Notes: generated by a model not told the origin, from the letters alone. 37,234 nt of DNA from an uncultured Ktedonobacterales bacterium (GCA_964469715.1 CAYYCB010000004.1:1-37234); one strand, 5' to 3'; shown: positions 7,977 to 16,624, numbered from the stretch's first letter. Program-made: numbers and translations.

Positions 7977-9322
7977 ATGGCACTTCCCCTTCCCGCTTCG
8001 GCGTGAGGCTGCTCTGGTGAGGGATGAGCATCGTGAGCCGGTTCTTGCGGTACGTCGCTGCGCTGGTCCGCGGATTCGTTGGAAGTAGGTGCGGCATTGA
8101 TGGTCGGAGCAGGAGCGAGGGCCCGAAGCAGCGCGCGCAACTGCCCTCTGCGCTCGCGATACTCCGTCTCGTCGAGTTTGCCCGCGGCATGGAGCTGATC
8201 GAGCGCGATGTGCTCACGGAGCAGCTCATCCCGCTGGAGGTCGCGAACTCCGTCGCTAACAGGGGACACCGCCGATGCGCCTGCAGCGCTCAAACGTATT
8301 GGCAGCCTGCCGAGTCGTAGATACACGGCCAAGACCACGATCATAAGGAGGACAAGCCCGATCCCAACCCCCAGGAGGCTGTCGGCATTGAGATATGGCG
8401 CCTCACCCGGTACCGGAAGCTCGCGCAATTGGAAGGATGCGGTCGTTCCGCTCGCCATGCCTAGGCGTTCGAGCATCTGATACTGCGCACCGGCCGCCTG
8501 GATGGATGGCCGTAACGAGTAGTCACCGGCCACGACATGCAGATCAATTGGTATGAGCGCCACAACCTGGCTCGCCGCGTATACCGATTTGAACGGAATC
8601 GCGAGCGTCGTGCCGTTGTATGGGAGGTCATAAGCGAAGGCAAAATCTGTCCTGCCTGGTGGGATGGTCGTGGCGAGCCCGAAGCCTGTCGGCGCCTGCA
8701 CGGTCTGTCCCGTGGCGAATCCCGCTCCCAAGACGAGATTGGTAGCGCTAGCCGGCAGCGCGAATCGAAGGAGGTTCATCGGCTGGCCATTCGCCGGGGC
8801 GATTGTCGCCACGTAAGCCTTGTTGTCGGTATTGGTGATGGTGACGTTCTCGGCGATTGAGATCCGTCCCGTATGCTGATTGGGCTCGCTCACAACCATC
8901 GTGCTTAGGGCAACGGATATGTGGGCGTCACTGGACGTCGTATCGAAGATACGCAGCGTCTGCTGCTGATTCACGAGTTCATCAGCGGTGAGCTCAGGTG
9001 TGGCGAAGGTTCCGCCCCCTGAATCAGTTGTCACCACATAGGTGGCGGACGCATCAGGTTGAAGGTGGTCGAAGACAAACGCGCCATGCGCGTCGGTCTC
9101 AGCCGACGCGATTTGCTGCGCTTGGCCTCCCGCGATAACGGTAAGCCCTACCATCTGATCGGGTACTGGCGCGTTGCCTCGTGATCCGTTGAGGACCATT
9201 CCACGCGCTGAGGTGTCGGCGGCGCGTGCGTGTGCCGCGGCCATCGGCGTCCCGATGAGGAGCGGAGCGCTCGCGCAGCCCAGCAAAATCAGCCTCAAAA
9301 GGGAGGAACGGAGTCGCATCAT
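7973..9322 (-). CDS. Uncharacterised exported, membrane-anchored protein embedded in the ccm block
   Basis: Signal or lipobox-like N-terminus (LILLGCAS). An extracytoplasmic beta-rich region of ~300 aa begins with a carboxypeptidase-regulatory-like segment (GLTVIAGG...TDAHGAFVFDHL). Then a TM helix (LLGVGIGLVLLMIVVLAVYL) and a cytoplasmic helical LDQLHAAGKLDETEYRERRGQL motif. ATGA overlap with ccmA. Confidence 0.6.
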   Translation of the reverse strand: MMRLRSSLLRLILLGCASAPLLIGTPMAAAHARAADTSARGMVLNGSRGNAPVPDQMVGLTVIAGGQAQQIASAETDAHGAFVFDHLQPDASATYVVTTDSGGGTFATPELTADELVNQQQTLRIFDTTSSDAHISVALSTMVVSEPNQHTGRISIAENVTITNTDNKAYVATIAPANGQPMNLLRFALPASATNLVLGAGFATGQTVQAPTGFGLATTIPPGRTDFAFAYDLPYNGTTLAIPFKSVYAASQVVALIPIDLHVVAGDYSLRPSIQAAGAQYQMLERLGMASGTTASFQLRELPVPGEAPYLNADSLLGVGIGLVLLMIVVLAVYLRLGRLPIRLSAAGASAVSPVSDGVRDLQRDELLREHIALDQLHAAGKLDETEYRERRGQLRALLRALAPAPTINAAPTSNESADQRSDVPQEPAHDAHPSPEQPHAEAGRGSAI

Positions 9323-9323
9323 G

Positions 9324-9812
9324 CTACACCCCCCTCCGCCGGCTGAGACCAGCTTTCCTAGAAGATGTGTTTCTCGCGTGAGATATGGGATATACGGACG
9401 GGGATGGCGTGTCCGACCGGGCGGGTGTGTCGGTGCGCGACTGTGCCTTTGCCGTTTTTGCCGTTTTTGCGCTGCGGCCGTCGGCGTGGCTGAGGTCCTG
9501 CGACCGCATCACCGCCAATTGCTCGTCAATGAGGGCATCACCGGCGCGTTCCTGATCGTAACGCGCCTTCATGGCGGCGAGGGCACGCTCCTCGTAGCGG
9601 TCGCGCAGCGCGAGATAGTCGGAGGCGTCGAGGTTGCCGAGCCGGTGATCGAAGTCTATGTCACGAAGCGCCTGCTTGGCTACCGACTCCGCTTCGATTG
9701 AGCCCGCGTCCGACGTGGTCCGTCCGCGCCGAGAGATAGGGGTATCTATCAGCGGATAGACGACCAGAGCCATGGCGGCCAGCCCGAGTAGGATGGCAAC
9801 GAGAAGAGGCAT
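9324..9812 (-). CDS. Small single-TM protein, possibly a CcmI N-terminal-module analogue
   Basis: ATG at 9812 overlaps the ccmH-like stop (TAATG). N-terminal TM MPLLVAILLGLAAMALVVYPL, then LRDIDFDHRLGNLDASDYLALRDRYEE. The ORF-track N-terminal extension to 10019 would overlap the ccmH-like gene and is rejected. Confidence 0.4.
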   Translation of the reverse strand: MPLLVAILLGLAAMALVVYPLIDTPISRRGRTTSDAGSIEAESVAKQALRDIDFDHRLGNLDASDYLALRDRYEERALAAMKARYDQERAGDALIDEQLAVMRSQDLSHADGRSAKTAKTAKAQSRTDTPARSDTPSPSVYPISHARNTSSRKAGLSRRRGV

Positions 9813-10357
9813 TAGTCGCGCCCCCTTTCGCTCATCGCCCCGAATCCTTCGTTCGCCGCGATCTCGCGGCGAAGGATCTGCCGATAGCTCTCCAGCCCCG
9901 TGGACGGTGCGTTGCCGGTAGCAGCGGGTGTACTCGTGCTCGTTCCTGGCCTGCGGACTCTCAATGCCCTCCAGGCAAAATAAAGCGCAATCGTGGCAAG
10001 CAGCACTGGCGGGAACCACATGAGCGCGTTGAAGCCCGCGGTAGGAGGCGCCTCAAGGATGTCGTCACCATAGCGCTGTCGGAAGTAGTCCAAAATCTGC
10101 TGCTCCGACATGCCCTCCGAGAGGTCTTGGCGGATAAGGTCGCGCATCTCCTGGGCCACTGGTAGCGATGAGGTCGCGGCGGAGTCGCCGAAGCCGCCGG
10201 GCACCTGCACCTGGCTGGCTACCTCTTTGACTCGCTGATCGAGTGTAAGCGGCTGGTTAGCGCGCGCTGCGGCGATCCACCAGACGAGTGCCACGACGAG
10301 CGCAATCGCTGCCGGGATGACCAGCGCGGGCCGCTTGATGCTGGAGGGAGCGCTCAT
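9812..10357 (-). CDS. CcmH/NrfF-family protein lacking the CXXC active site
   Basis: LPVAQEMRDLIRQDLSEGMSEQQILDYFRQRYGDDILEAPP plus a following TM match the CcmH core. The position of LRCxxCQ reads VQVPGGFG, and the protein has no Cys. ATGA overlap with ccmF. Confidence 0.65.
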   Translation of the reverse strand: MSAPSSIKRPALVIPAAIALVVALVWWIAAARANQPLTLDQRVKEVASQVQVPGGFGDSAATSSLPVAQEMRDLIRQDLSEGMSEQQILDYFRQRYGDDILEAPPTAGFNALMWFPPVLLATIALYFAWRALRVRRPGTSTSTPAATGNAPSTGLESYRQILRREIAANEGFGAMSERGRD

Positions 10358-12348
10358 ACGGCTACCTCCACACGCTCTGGCCGCACATTTTCGAGCAGGG
10401 ACACGACATGGCGTCTAGCCGGCCACCAACAGACGATCCCGCCGAGCAGCATCACCAGGCCGCCGAGCCAAACCAACGGCACTAGGGGATTGACGAATAT
10501 CTTGAGCGAGGCGTCGTCGGTACCATGGTAGCCTGAGAGGAAGACATAGAGGTCAGTGACCCCGCTGGTAGTGATGGAGACGATGCTGGTCGGCTGGCTC
10601 TCGAAGCCGGGGAAGATCTTCTCTCCCGGCGACACCGTCGATACCTCGTGTCCTGTACCGCGCACGGTGAAATGCGTCTCGATCACCTGCACGGGGCCGT
10701 CCTGAGTGGCGTCGATTCCACGATAGGTGAAGGTGTATCCGGCGAACGAGGCACTCTGCCCAGACCGCAAAGTGATGTCGCGCTCCTGCTGGAAGAACTG
10801 TGAGCCGATGACGCCGACCGCGAGGAGGATGAGGCCAAGATGCACTACATAGCCGCCGTAGCGCTGCCGATGACGGGCCACGAGGGCATACAGCGCCCGC
10901 GGATATGATTCGCCATGCGCGTGGCGTACGCGTGCGCCACGCCACAACTCGTAGGTTATGGTTCCGGCTCCCAGGGCACAGACAGTGAAGGCAAGCGTCG
11001 CCCAGAGGTTTGAGACGCCAAGGAGAGGGAGCGTTATCGCCACCACCGCTGAAACGAGCGCAGGCCAGCGCAGATTCCGCCACACGCTGGCCCACGACGC
11101 CCTCCGCCACGCGAGGAGTGGCCCTATCGCCATCGCGAGAAGCAGCACGAGGAACAAAGGGCCGTTCACTTGCTCGTAGAAGGCCTTGCCCACGGTCATG
11201 GTCTGCCCACGAGCGACCGCCGATAGGATGGGAAAGAGCGTCCCCCAGAGCGTGGCGAATGCGATGCCTGCAAGGAGGAAGTTGTTGAGGAGAAAGCTGC
11301 CCTCACGAGAAACGAATGACTCGAACTCATGCTCCGGGCGCAGTCGCGGCAATCGGTAGACGAATAATCCGATGGAGCCAAGCAGCACAACAGTCAGGAA
11401 ACCCAGGAAGTAAGGACCTATGGCCGAATAGGCGAACGAATGCACCGAGGTGATGACACCGCTGCGAACCTCGAAGGTCCCGAAGATGGAGAGCGCGAAC
11501 GTGGCCAGGATAAGGGCTACGTTCCAGACTTTGAGAGTCCCGCGCCGCTCCTGGACCATACTGGAGTGCAGGAAGGCTGTGGCTGTCAGCCAGGGAAGAA
11601 GGGCTGCATTCTCGACTGGGTCCCATCCCCAGTAGCCTCCCCAACCCAGGACGTGATATGCCCACCACGCGCCGAGCAGGAGCCCTGTTGTCTGGATGAT
11701 CCAGGCGACCAACATCCAGCGCCGGATAGCCCCGAGCCAACCTGAATCCAGCCGGCCCGTCAGCATCGCCGCGACGGCAAACGCGAACGGGACGGTCCAG
11801 CTCATGTAACCCATGAGAAGCATCGGCGGATGCACGAGCATACCAGGGTCTTGAAGGATGGGATTCAAGCCAACGCCGTCATTCGGCACGAGGCGCGTTC
11901 GGGCGAACGGTGTGCTGACAAAGTTGAGGACGCCGAGGAAAAAAGCGGATACACCCATGAGCACCGCGACAACGTAGGGCATGAGATCGGCTGGAGCGCG
12001 CCGGTGGAGCAGCACTGCGGCGGTTGAGAAAATGCCGAGCATGGTCGTCCAATAGAGCAGCGAGCCTTCCTGGCCGCCATAAAATGCCGCGGTGGAGTAG
12101 TACCAGGGCATGGCCAGGCTGGAATGTTGCGCCACATACACGGCGCCGAAGTCGTGCGTGAGAAAAGACGCAAGCAACGCCGAGGACGCGAGGATTTGGA
12201 ATCCAGCGACCGCGACTACAGCACGGCGCCCGCTTGCGATCAACGCGGGCCGCGCACGCACAGCGCCCGCTATGGAGGTGGCCGCCGCGTAGAGCGCGAA
12301 AACCAGCGCAAGCATCAAGCCGATCATGCCTAGGTCGGTAAAGCGCAC
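10354..12348 (-). CDS. ccmF: Cytochrome c haem lyase subunit CcmF
   Basis: WWD motif WGGYWGWDPVENAALLPWL, conserved His residues (VHPPMLLMGY, FLHS), and about 15 TM segments. Confidence 0.95.
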   Translation of the reverse strand: MRFTDLGMIGLMLALVFALYAAATSIAGAVRARPALIASGRRAVVAVAGFQILASSALLASFLTHDFGAVYVAQHSSLAMPWYYSTAAFYGGQEGSLLYWTTMLGIFSTAAVLLHRRAPADLMPYVVAVLMGVSAFFLGVLNFVSTPFARTRLVPNDGVGLNPILQDPGMLVHPPMLLMGYMSWTVPFAFAVAAMLTGRLDSGWLGAIRRWMLVAWIIQTTGLLLGAWWAYHVLGWGGYWGWDPVENAALLPWLTATAFLHSSMVQERRGTLKVWNVALILATFALSIFGTFEVRSGVITSVHSFAYSAIGPYFLGFLTVVLLGSIGLFVYRLPRLRPEHEFESFVSREGSFLLNNFLLAGIAFATLWGTLFPILSAVARGQTMTVGKAFYEQVNGPLFLVLLLAMAIGPLLAWRRASWASVWRNLRWPALVSAVVAITLPLLGVSNLWATLAFTVCALGAGTITYELWRGARVRHAHGESYPRALYALVARHRQRYGGYVVHLGLILLAVGVIGSQFFQQERDITLRSGQSASFAGYTFTYRGIDATQDGPVQVIETHFTVRGTGHEVSTVSPGEKIFPGFESQPTSIVSITTSGVTDLYVFLSGYHGTDDASLKIFVNPLVPLVWLGGLVMLLGGIVCWWPARRHVVSLLENVRPERVEVAV

Positions 12349-12357
12349 GTGGGACTC

Positions 12358-12840
12358 CTAGTTGCCCGTTGACGAGATGCCGGTCTGGCTGCCGCTTGCC
12401 GGCTGGCCAGGAGTGGCCGATTGGAACTTGGAGGGACACTTGGCGAAGAGGTTATCGGCGTGGAATACGCCGTTCGTCAGTTTCCCCTCAACCACTACCT
12501 GCGCTCCGGATTTGAATGTGTCTGGAAGTGTGCCGCCGAAAACCACCGGCATGCTCTCCGTGCCGTCTACGATCGTGAAGTACACTGCTTGCGACGCGTC
12601 ATGTGTGATGTTGTCGCTGGCGACATTGCCCGCCACGCGTACATCACGGGTGGAGCATGAGGTGCAGGCGCGCAGCTCCTTGATCGTCATGTAGAACTCG
12701 GCGGATGCGCCCGTGTTCGCGAACACGAGGTAGAGCACAGCTCCAGCGACTGCCAGCCCCGCAATGATAAAGCTGATGGGCACGCGGCGGCGGCGCGGGC
12801 GGCGCACTGCATCCGGCCGGGCGATCGATTCAGCGAGCAT
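12358..12840 (-). CDS. ccmE: Haem chaperone CcmE, variant with Cys-x3-Phe at the haem-attachment site
   Basis: N-terminal TM anchor plus OB-fold pattern (VRVAGNV, VVVEGKL). The C-terminal motif is NLFAKCPSKFQ where the canonical form is LAKHDENY. Confidence 0.85.
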   Translation of the reverse strand: MLAESIARPDAVRRPRRRRVPISFIIAGLAVAGAVLYLVFANTGASAEFYMTIKELRACTSCSTRDVRVAGNVASDNITHDASQAVYFTIVDGTESMPVVFGGTLPDTFKSGAQVVVEGKLTNGVFHADNLFAKCPSKFQSATPGQPASGSQTGISSTGN

Positions 12841-12857
12841 GCGTCTCTCCCAATGAG

Positions 12858-13310
12858 TCAGCCAGCCAACGTGCCATCAAAGGCGACTACCAGCGCGGCT
12901 CCCAAGATAAAGGTTAGGATGCCGAGGCCGAGGATCCACTTTGGCGCGGCCGCCCAGAGCGCTCCCCGATACTTTCGCGGTCTTCTGGCTTCCTGTGCCT
13001 GAAGGGCCGCTAGAAGAATCATGGCGACAGCAGCAACCACCTTGGCAACCAGCAGGACGATGTAGAGCGCGCCGGCGGCGCCCGATGTCAGACGGTCGAA
13101 CGTCAAATAGGCACCGCTCACAACGAGCACGCCGACACACGCATTGACCATCCGCCTGAACAGCGCGGCGATCTCCGAGCCGACGGCCGGATCTGGCTGT
13201 GACACGCGAAGGGCCGGGATGATAACCGTTAAGTATATCATGCTACCCCCGACCCACACCGCGGCAGCCAGCGTGTGCAGCGACCGCATGAGCACAGTAA
13301 GTAGCCCCAT
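12858..13310 (-). CDS. CopD-like four-TM membrane protein
   Basis: The SLHTLAAAVWVGGSM motif (His-x7-W-x-GG) in TM1 resembles the CopD / HemJ-type four-helix families. It sits between ccdA and ccmE. Confidence 0.4.
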   Translation of the reverse strand: MGLLTVLMRSLHTLAAAVWVGGSMIYLTVIIPALRVSQPDPAVGSEIAALFRRMVNACVGVLVVSGAYLTFDRLTSGAAGALYIVLLVAKVVAAVAMILLAALQAQEARRPRKYRGALWAAAPKWILGLGILTFILGAALVVAFDGTLAG

Positions 13311-13318
13311 GACAACAC

Positions 13319-14086
13319 CTAAGGCAGGCTCGGCCCCACGAGGCCAAGCCGCTGCGCCCAGGCTGCGAAGACCTCAACCTGGCCGGTCAGATATACGACA
13401 CCCACGAGAACGAGCACCCCGCCGCTCACGAGCGTGATGCGCCTCCCGTTGCGCTTGGCCCAGCCCAGCGTTTGCAGGCCGATAGACCACCCAAAGCCGA
13501 CCGCCAAGAACGGCAGCGCGAACCCAAGAGCGTAGATGGCCAGCAGAGCCATGCCGACCATTGGGTTCGCCGTTGCCCCGACGTACGCAAGAATGGCCGC
13601 GAGCACTGGACCGATGCAAGGCGTCCATCCGGCGGCGAAGAGCACGCCCAGTGTGAATGGTCCCGCTAATCGCATGGTTTGGACGGTAGAGTCGGGGAGA
13701 TGCAGACGCCGTTCGCCCAGCAATGCAAGCGCGACGCGGTGTGGCACGAGATCCAGCAGGAAGGCCCCCATCGCTACCATCACGATTCCGGCCAGGGTTT
13801 CGAGCACAGGACGGTACGCCACGATGAGCCTGGCCGCTGATGCCGTCAGAAGGCCAAGCGCGATGAATGCCACGGAAAATCCAGCGACGAAGAGAACAGC
13901 AGCGGGTGCAAGCCTACGCCGAGCGGGACCCTCTCGAAGATTCGGCGCAGATCCAGACGAGCCCGAGAGATAGCCGATGTAGCCCGGCACGAGTGGAGCT
14001 ACGCATGGCGAGAAGAACGACAACAGACCCGCCGCGAAGGCAAGTGCCGCCGTCCCCATCCCGATATGCTCCGCCATGTCAGCCAC
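13319..14086 (-). CDS. ccdA: Thiol-disulfide electron transporter CcdA / DsbD-beta family
   Basis: FFSPCVAPLVPGY and WTPCIGPVL, the two conserved Cys-containing TM motifs. Confidence 0.85.
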   Translation of the reverse strand: MADMAEHIGMGTAALAFAAGLLSFFSPCVAPLVPGYIGYLSGSSGSAPNLREGPARRRLAPAAVLFVAGFSVAFIALGLLTASAARLIVAYRPVLETLAGIVMVAMGAFLLDLVPHRVALALLGERRLHLPDSTVQTMRLAGPFTLGVLFAAGWTPCIGPVLAAILAYVGATANPMVGMALLAIYALGFALPFLAVGFGWSIGLQTLGWAKRNGRRITLVSGGVLVLVGVVYLTGQVEVFAAWAQRLGLVGPSLP

Positions 14087-14107
14087 TCCAAACCTGGTAA
14101 CGCGCGC

Positions 14108-14716
14108 TCACTTGAGGATCGCTTGGATGCCCTGATCGAGCGTTACATCGTCTATTGCGCCTGGGATCTTCGACAGAACCTTTCCGTCACGGCCGATGAA
14201 AATCGTCTCCGGCACACCTGTCACGGCGTAGTCAATCGGCGTGCGCGCTGAGGCGGCGCCACCTGCCGGATAGGGAACTTTGCGGTCCGCGAGGAAAGCC
14301 GCCCCGTCGGACTGCTTATCTTGGAAGGCGACGCCGATGAACACCACGCCCTGGCTCTGATACTTCGCCCAGGCCTGCGACAGCACATACTGCTCCGTCT
14401 GGCAGTTGTCACACCAGGATGCCCAGAAGTTGACTACCACCGGTTTGCCTTTGAGCGAGCTGAGCGTGAGCGTCTCGCCCGGCTTGCCGTTCCAGACTGA
14501 GATGGTGAAATCTGTCGCGGGATGACCGATAAGGGGAGTAGCGGCGCTGTCGCCTGCGGCGTTGCTCGCTCCTGCCAGCCGGACCACCAGCAGGAGCACG
14601 AGCGCGCCCGAGATGGCAAACGCCGCCGTCAGCCCAATTACGCTGCGCGGGGTGAAGGCGCGAACCCGCTGGTCCGGCGCTGCAGTCCGCGAAGGTGTTT
14701 CATCGTTTTGCGTCAT
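14108..14716 (-). CDS. ccmG: Membrane-anchored thioredoxin-like protein CcmG/DsbE/ResA
   Basis: NFWASWCDNCQ active site, the GVTGVPETIFIGRDG signature, and an N-terminal TM anchor. Confidence 0.85.
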   Translation of the reverse strand: MTQNDETPSRTAAPDQRVRAFTPRSVIGLTAAFAISGALVLLLVVRLAGASNAAGDSAATPLIGHPATDFTISVWNGKPGETLTLSSLKGKPVVVNFWASWCDNCQTEQYVLSQAWAKYQSQGVVFIGVAFQDKQSDGAAFLADRKVPYPAGGAASARTPIDYAVTGVPETIFIGRDGKVLSKIPGAIDDVTLDQGIQAILK

Positions 14717-14780
14717 GATAGTTCACATGGGCGGTGCGGGACGAAGAATGCAACTGCCCTTTCGCCCCGCACCATAGGGA

Positions 14781-16532
14781 CTAGTGGCCTTCGGAGCGCC
14801 AGTCGGCGCGGTCGGGATGCTTCGTGTCCCAGAGCGGCCGGCGGCTGCGGACCACAGGAATCGTCGCAAAGTTTTCGACTGGCGGGGGTGAGGTCGTCGC
14901 CCACTCCAGCGTGAACGCATCCCACGGGTCGGAGACTTCGTTCGCCGGCTTCATCAGCGTCTTGACGAAGTTGAAGAGGAACACGAGGACGCCTACGATC
15001 AAGAAGATAACGCCCAGGCTGGCGACAAGGTTGAGCTCGTTCCAACCAAGGTCGGACGGGTAGGTGTACTGCCGCCGCGGCATGCCCAGCAGACCGAGGA
15101 TGTGCATGGGGAAGAAGGCAAGGTTCAGGCCGATGATGAACAGCCAGAATTGGATCTTGCCTAGTGTCTCGTCGAGACGCCGCCCGCTCATCTTCGGGAA
15201 CCAATAGAACAGGCCCGCGAAGATACCTAACGCCGCTCCACCGAAAAGGACGTAGTGGATGTGGGCCACCACGAAGTAGGTATCCGTGATCTGGTAGTCG
15301 AAGGGCACGACGCCGAGGGCCGCGCCGTTGAGGCCACCGATGAGGAACATGGCGACGAAACCCGTCGCGTAGAGCATGGGCGCATGGAAGCGCAGCTTGC
15401 CGCCCCAGGTGGTCGCGACCCAGTTGAAGATCTTGACCGCGGTGGGAATGGCGATAAGCGTCGTGGACGAGGCGAAGAACGCCTGGGCGACCGTCGGCAG
15501 GCCGACAGCGAACATGTGGTGTGCCCAGACGGTGAAGCTGAGGAAGCCGATGGCGACACCCGACCAGGCCACGAAGGTGTAGCCGAAGATCGGTTTGCCT
15601 GAGAAGACCGGCAATATCTCCGAGATCATGCCGAAGGCAGGCAAGATGAGGACGTACACCTCGGGGTGGCCGAAAGACCAGAACAAGTGCTGCCAGAGCA
15701 GCGGATCACCGCCGAATCCCGACTGGTAGAAGTGAGTGCCGAGGTGGCGGTCGAAGAGCAGGAAAAAGCTCGCGACCGTCAGGCTGGGCAGCGCGAACAC
15801 GAGCAGGAACGACGTCACCATCGTCATCCAGACGAACAGTGGCATGCGATTGATGCTCATGCCGGGTGCGCGCATGCGTAGGATCGTGACGATGAAGTTC
15901 AACGATCCTACCAGCGACGAAATGCCGAGCAGGTTGATGCCGATGATCCAGAAGTCCATGTTGGGGCCGGGCGCGAAACAGCCCTGGTTACCAAGGCCGG
16001 CGGCCGACGCTGCGGCCTGCGCCTGTGCCTGGAAGGTCTGTGCCGCGACATGCTGGGCGAGGCAGCCCGGAGTGGCCTCGGTGAGCGGCGCATAGCTAAA
16101 CCAACCAGCATTCGGGGCGGACCCGAAGAGGAAGCTGCTAGTCAGAGCGAGCGCGCCGAAGAAGAGCATCCAGAAGCCCAGTGCGTTGATGCGCGGGAAG
16201 GCCATGTCGCGCGCACCAATCATCAGCGGCACCAGATAGTTGCCAAAGCCCGCCATGGTCGGCATCACAAACAGGAAGATCATGGTCGTGCCATGCATCG
16301 TGAAGACCTGATTGTATGCCTCAGGGCTCAGGAGCTTGTTGTTAGGCTGCGAGAGCTGCCATCGGATAAGCGAAGCCTCAACTCCGCCGAATAGGAATGA
16401 GATGAAGCCCGTGTAGAGGTACATGATACCGAGCTTCTTGTGGTCCGTGGTGGTGACCCACGAGCCAATGGCTGTCTCGCTCCATCGCCTGCGCGCGGTA
16501 CGCCCCCGCGTCGCGATACTGCCGACTGCCAT
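14781..16532 (-). CDS. ctaD: Cytochrome c oxidase subunit I (haem-copper oxidase, A-type)
   Basis: FTMHGTTMIF, WQHLFWSFGHPEVYVLILP, WAHHMF and VVAHIHYV ligand motifs are all present. Confidence 0.97.
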   Translation of the reverse strand: MAVGSIATRGRTARRRWSETAIGSWVTTTDHKKLGIMYLYTGFISFLFGGVEASLIRWQLSQPNNKLLSPEAYNQVFTMHGTTMIFLFVMPTMAGFGNYLVPLMIGARDMAFPRINALGFWMLFFGALALTSSFLFGSAPNAGWFSYAPLTEATPGCLAQHVAAQTFQAQAQAAASAAGLGNQGCFAPGPNMDFWIIGINLLGISSLVGSLNFIVTILRMRAPGMSINRMPLFVWMTMVTSFLLVFALPSLTVASFFLLFDRHLGTHFYQSGFGGDPLLWQHLFWSFGHPEVYVLILPAFGMISEILPVFSGKPIFGYTFVAWSGVAIGFLSFTVWAHHMFAVGLPTVAQAFFASSTTLIAIPTAVKIFNWVATTWGGKLRFHAPMLYATGFVAMFLIGGLNGAALGVVPFDYQITDTYFVVAHIHYVLFGGAALGIFAGLFYWFPKMSGRRLDETLGKIQFWLFIIGLNLAFFPMHILGLLGMPRRQYTYPSDLGWNELNLVASLGVIFLIVGVLVFLFNFVKTLMKPANEVSDPWDAFTLEWATTSPPPVENFATIPVVRSRRPLWDTKHPDRADWRSEGH

Positions 16533-16624
16533 GGGTCCTCCTCTAGTGTCCGGTCGCCCCTTGGCGCTGCGCCGGACCCTGCCGGCCGCGCACCGTCCAT
16601 CGGCGCGCGGCCCCTCCGCCGTTG

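Noticed and set aside
9451-9468. Tandem GCCGTTTTT x2 repeat
   Set aside because: It has only two units, lies inside a coding region (it encodes AKTAKTAK in a low-complexity tail) and has no spacers. It is neither a CRISPR array nor a meaningful microsatellite.
9813-10019. N-terminal 69 aa extension of the ccmI-like ORF in the track (start at 10019)
   Set aside because: It would overlap the ccmH-like gene by ~200 nt and is Arg/Cys-rich nonsense. An ATG at 9812 with TAATG coupling gives a protein starting directly with its TM helix. Similar extensions were trimmed at 3842-3937, 21770-21868, 30119-30271 and 32283-32378.
14717-14780. Stem GGTGCGGG...CCCGCACC between ctaD and ccmG, considered as an internal terminator
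   Set aside because: The loop is long (~30 nt), there is no T-tract, and the genes on both sides belong to one functional cluster. At most it is an mRNA processing or stability element. Similar weak hairpins occur at 16562-16600.
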